Positions 59,965 through 64,000 of a DNA stretch of 64,000 nucleotides are shown piece after piece. The position numbers and the translations under genes are program-made. The DNA comes from the human T2T-CHM13v2.0 reference genome, Homo sapiens, in assembly GCF_009914755.1 (NCBI RefSeq), contig NC_060933.1; one strand, written 5' to 3'. Each line of letters opens with the position of its first letter. Within the stretch, counting starts at the first letter, position 1. The notes under the pieces are model-generated. The model saw only the letters and a list, made by a program, of their open reading frames with translations. It was not told the origin of the DNA and ran no database searches.

Positions 59965-61093
59965 GTGAGCCTGCACAGGCCATGGGGCCTCCCATTTCCT
60001 GTTCAAACAAGGATTCCAAGTAGGAGACCACCTAAGTAGGATTCTAAGTAGTAAACTACCTAACCAAGAACTAAAGGTCGTCGGTTGGAGGAATCAGTGG
60101 TCCCAGCAGATATGCCCAGTATGGGGGTGCGGGGAGCTGGAGCTCTGGAGGATGTGCTGGGCCGCAGGGGGAGAACGCCAGTCCTGGGGCCCACCCCAGG
60201 ACTTATGGGGTCAAGGAAGGGAGGCTGGGAGAAAGTGGAGATGCTTGTGGATCTGCTGTTACTTCAGAAATCGAAGGGAGGAAGCCAGGGGTGAGTGGAA
60301 AACCCCAAAGCAATGAGAAGAAACAGGACAGGCTTAGTGCCCTGATAGCACAGCTGATCCCTCCACCAGCCCCGGCGCCACCCTGGCCCGTGCCGTGTTC
60401 TCCATCCTCTTCCCTTGGCTGTGCATGTGTGGACATGTATCCATCTGGGTGTGCTTTTATGACCTGTGTGTGAATGCCTCAACTCAACTGGTTTCCAAGC
60501 TTTAAAATCATGTGGTCCTTATGCAGGCTTCTGGGACTTGCCTTTGTCACCGTTCACCTCCTCCAGGGTCATGAGCAGCTGCAGTGCAGTTTCACTGCTC
60601 ATCCTCCCGGAGGGGATCATACACAGCGTCTTGCTGCGCTCTTCAGCTCTGGAGCATGTGGCTTCTTTGTTCTGGCTCACACCTCCTGGCACACAGTACA
60701 TAAGCTTCTCCTGGGCTCAACTGCCTAGAAATGAAATTCCTGTGTCATGCATGGATGCATGTTCAGCTTACTGTCAGTGCCAGATTATTTCCAAAGTGGC
60801 TTGTCCATGTCTGCTCCCACCAGTAATTTTGAAGTTTCTGTTGCTCCATGTTCTGTACTTCGCTGGTATTGGCCTACTAATGTTTGCCAATGCAGTGGGG
60901 ACAGAGCAGCACCTTCCTGTGATCCTGGTTCCATTTGCCTGTGCTACTGACTGTGCCTCTTCTTGGCTGTGGATTGGGGTTTCTAGCAGGGGAGCCCAGC
61001 ATGGGGAAATGGAGACCAGGTGCGACTCATGGTTGCTAATCTTTTCGCCAGATTTCAAAAAGCACATAACGACATGTTTTACTGCTTTTTCAG

Positions 61094-61185
61094 GTTTGAA
61101 TTAGTCATTGTTTGGAGGATACAAATAGATGAAGATGGGAAGGTTTTTCCAAAGCTGGATCTTCTCACCAAAGTCCCACAGCGAG
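61094..61185 (+). CDS. CENPP: CENPP penultimate coding exon (92 nt; FELVIVWRIQIDEDGKVFPKLDLLTKVPQR)
   Basis: Acceptor ctgctttttcAG, donor GAG|GTAGG at 61186. Peptide lies within ORF 61020..61358 and phases match both neighbours. Confidence 0.95.
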
Positions 61186-61589
61186 GTAGGGCCCTGGGTG
61201 TGGCTGCTCTAGGTGACTTCTCAACATGCCCAGCAAAGCCGCCTGCCTGTTTCCTCTGGGTTTCAAAGGGCAAGAATCAAAAATTGGAAATCTCATTAAT
61301 GTACTTTGTCTATCAATTTTTAAATATTTTTATCAATAATCACTCAAAAAGAACATGAAAAGGGATTGCTGCCCCAAGGCCCTCCCAGGCTGAATGCACA
61401 GGGAATATGCCTCCAGCCGTAGGTGAGGCCTCCACTCACTCCGTCTCCTCGCCCGCCACTAGCATGTCCCATCCCATGCAGCTAGTCGGGAGGAGTGCGG
61501 GGTCTTGGTGAGGTCCATGCCAGCAGAAAACAAAAGACCAAAAGCTGCCACCTTGAAGTTTCTTACCCGGTTTAATGTTTTCTTTATAG

Positions 61590-61720
61590 CCCTGGAGCTG
61601 GACAAGAACAGAGCCATAGAAACTGCTCCTCTCAGCTTCCGAACCCTGGTAGGACTGCTTGGAATCGAAGCTGCTCTGGAAAGCCTGATAAAATCGCTTT
61701 GTGCAGAGGAGAACAACTAG
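61590..61720 (+). CDS. CENPP: CENPP last coding exon (A-LELDKNRAIETAPLSFRTLVGLLGIEAALESLIKSLCAEENN*)
   Basis: Acceptor ttttctttatAG at 61588-89, TAG stop at 61718-20. Recognised CENP-P C-terminus. Confidence 0.95.
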
Positions 61721-61773
61721 TTCCAAAACAGTGAACGTGGAGGATGAAGATGCTGCGTGGAGGAACATGCAAT

Positions 61774-61779
61774 TTTATT
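61774..61779 (-). terminator. IPPK: Minus-strand AATAAA, likely poly(A) signal of convergent IPPK
   Basis: TTTATT at 61774-79 is seen directly. IPPK identity comes from recalled tail-to-tail gene order, not from coding sequence in the window. Confidence 0.6.
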
Positions 61780-61879
61780 CAATATAAACATTTGCTATTT
61801 TCTGCTTAGAAACCACACCCTGAAGACGTGCTGTCTATGCAGTTATGGCACATTATATGGAAACTCTCATGACATGAAA

Positions 61880-61917
61880 AATAAATACAACTAGTTAAGT
61901 ATAAAATGCCAAATAAA
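61880..61917 (+). terminator. CENPP: Candidate proximal CENPP poly(A) signals (AATAAA 61880-85 and 61912-17)
   Basis: Two canonical hexamers 160-190 nt after the stop codon, with GT-rich sequence downstream. Confidence 0.5.
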
Positions 61918-64000
61918 AGTGACACGTACAATGTGGTTTATAAAAATAAGCTTAACATCTGAGAAAATGTACCAAGTGGTTGTGTGTCCTCAGATGTGTG
62001 GGGAGGATCCATCCCCCACCCACTGCAGCCTCACACCGAGTCCACCTTGGACATGGTGGCCACATTACTCAGCTGGGAGAAGCCACCCTTATCCTGGTTC
62101 CTGCCTCCTGGGGGCTCTGGAGACGGATGCCTATGGCGCCTCATCTTTAAACTGTCCTTAGTAGCCCAGGGGAGCCACACCCTCACTCCCTGCCTCCCCC
62201 CGGTCCGCATGGTGGCACCGTGAGGCAGTCTCAGCAAGTCCTCATGCTGTTCTTGGTCTTCCACAAGAAAGTGAAGCTGTCAGCTTAATAACAAGAATGG
62301 CCTAAGACAGCAAAGACAGCACTGTTCCTGGGCTGGGACGCAAGGAATGAGGTCCTTTATGAAAGAAAGACCCCCCTGCATAGCCTAAGTGCTATATCGA
62401 TCGTCCCGGATGTGCCTTAAGAACCGTGACCTCATCAGTCGCCCATTTAGCATTGTTAAGATCTGTGAACGCGTGTTGTCTCAAACCAGTCAGGGCCGTC
62501 ATGACTACGCAGCAGCAGCAGTTTCCAAGACGGGCCAGAAACGCATCCACAGCAGTGGCACCCGCGGCTCAGGGGCTCCTCACAGCCCGGGCTGGTGGGA
62601 GCCAAGACCAGACAGAGTGGGGGTCTCCATCTGTTTTCTCTTCTCCCTCAAATACAGGCTGTTTTCATCGTGTCTAGTCCAGCCCTGTCTGGGCCCTGTG
62701 CTAGGCAATAACTCTTGCAGCCCTGAAGGACCTAGGGAGCCCAGCCCACCTTCCCACGGACTGGGGTTCCCTCACATGTGCACTTGAACCCAGGACCCAG
62801 CATCCTCCACACACCGTGACAATGGGCAAAATCATCCCAAACCAGGCTGCCCCAGCCCCAGCCCAGCAACAGTGAACTCCCTTGGGTCAAGACAGTACTC
62901 AACGGCCACTACCTCCACGCTTCCCAGAGCCTGCGGCTTGTCCGTGAGCTCCGTGCACTTCACCAAAGCCCCCATCCCAGCACACAGGACCCGTGTGTAT
63001 GAGACGGTGTCATTGGAAGTGAGAAGAAAACAGTAAAAGTGTCCAGTTAGATAAGTATCTTTTTGCACCTCTGAGAGTAGAATTAGAAGTAAATATGACA
63101 GAATTGAACAATAAATTCTAGAAGAGTTGCCTTGATTCAAACAAGTATAATTCTCAAGTTATCACAAAATTTCCCACAAAAATTTACAATCAGCAAAATA
63201 GTTTCCTTATTTCTCATGTATCATTTTCATATAATTCCATGGTTTCACTAATATTATATGTTACAATAAGCCTCCATTAGTCCCTCAAAACGATGATATA
63301 AATAAGTCTGTACAACCTAGCATAGAATAAAAAACTGAAACCAAGATTCCCAACGTTTTTCATAGCAGCCGGGCACACTTTGGTGACCCCAACGAGAACC
63401 CTCTCGGCAGCAGCCAGGAGCTGTTCACCTTCCAGAAGCAGGGCCTGTGGCAGCCTAACAGGGAGAGGCCACGGGGCCCAAAAACGCAACACGTCTCAAG
63501 GCAAACCCGAGGGAGGAACTTGGTCTGGGAGGAAGAGAGAACTCGCTCCTCAACCACCCCAGACACTGGAGTGTCAGGAAAGCACTGAGCTGTTGGGGCA
63601 CACTGCCCAGCCCGGCCACAGCAGCTCAGCCAGTCACAGCTCCACCTCCAACTTCTACAGCAGCAATTTTTAGTGGGAAAGAACAGCTCATCTCCCCCTC
63701 ATGTGAAAGATTAAATTGTAAAGCAAAAAAAAAAAGGTCAATGCTCGCATGAGTGGTGTCCATCCTGACCTGAGCCTTGCGCTCCCTGCTGCCCTGTGTG
63801 GAACTGTGGGCTTCAGCACCTCCACAGGGACCCTGAGTCTACACTGCTCAGAATCGGCATCTGCGCGACCACGAGGTCACGCTGTGCAGCAGGGAACCAC
63901 CTAAAAACCTGTGTTGATATGTGGCTTGCACTGAAAAAGTGACCATGTAACTCAGCTGGGGGAAGTTCCAGTAGTATCCATGTTTTCTTAAAAGTCCAAA

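Larger units (their letters stand above)
61755..64000 (-). other. IPPK: Probable IPPK 3' UTR overlapping the CENPP 3' UTR
   Basis: Repeat-free, CpG-containing unique sequence ending at a minus-strand AATAAA. Gene identity inferred from known synteny. Confidence 0.55.

Noticed and set aside
60466-61104. 212-aa ORF
   Set aside because: Non-ATG start, intronic, no recognisable domain, partly old-repeat-like sequence.
61020-61358. 112-aa standalone ORF
   Set aside because: Only 61094-61185 is coding (CENPP exon); the flanks are open intronic sequence.
61755-64000. IPPK coding sequence
   Set aside because: No minus-strand ORF here resembles an inositol-pentakisphosphate 2-kinase; the CDS presumably lies beyond the window.

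Overview
Primate, almost certainly human, genomic DNA covering the 3' end of CENPP on the + strand. The last three coding exons (59885-59964, 61094-61185, 61590-61720) splice into 100 C-terminal residues of centromere protein P. Positions 1-59884 are the distal part of the very large preceding intron, which from general knowledge also hosts the antisense OGN/OMD/ASPN/ECM2 cluster upstream of this window. From about 61755 onward the sequence is probably the 3' UTR of the convergent neighbour IPPK overlapping the CENPP 3' UTR; no IPPK CDS is visible. The intron is dominated by nested retroelements: a full-length L1PB-type element inside an Alu, a full-length L1PA4/5-type element inside an L1M, a 5'-truncated L1PA2/3 inside a FLAM, about 35 Alus, MER30, MER58, and L2/MIR/MLT relics. 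Three observations stand out. (i) The full-length L1PA has an open ORF0 on the CENPP strand, and its two splice donors are in phase with two downstream CENPP exons, allowing a possible ORF0-CENP-P fusion. (ii) A 43-bp stem hairpin has almost all its imperfections as G.U pairs on the transcribed strand. (iii) Several template-switch scars recur across the intron (micro-inversion, fold-backs, templated insertions). Repeat subfamily calls and many boundaries are by eye and approximate.
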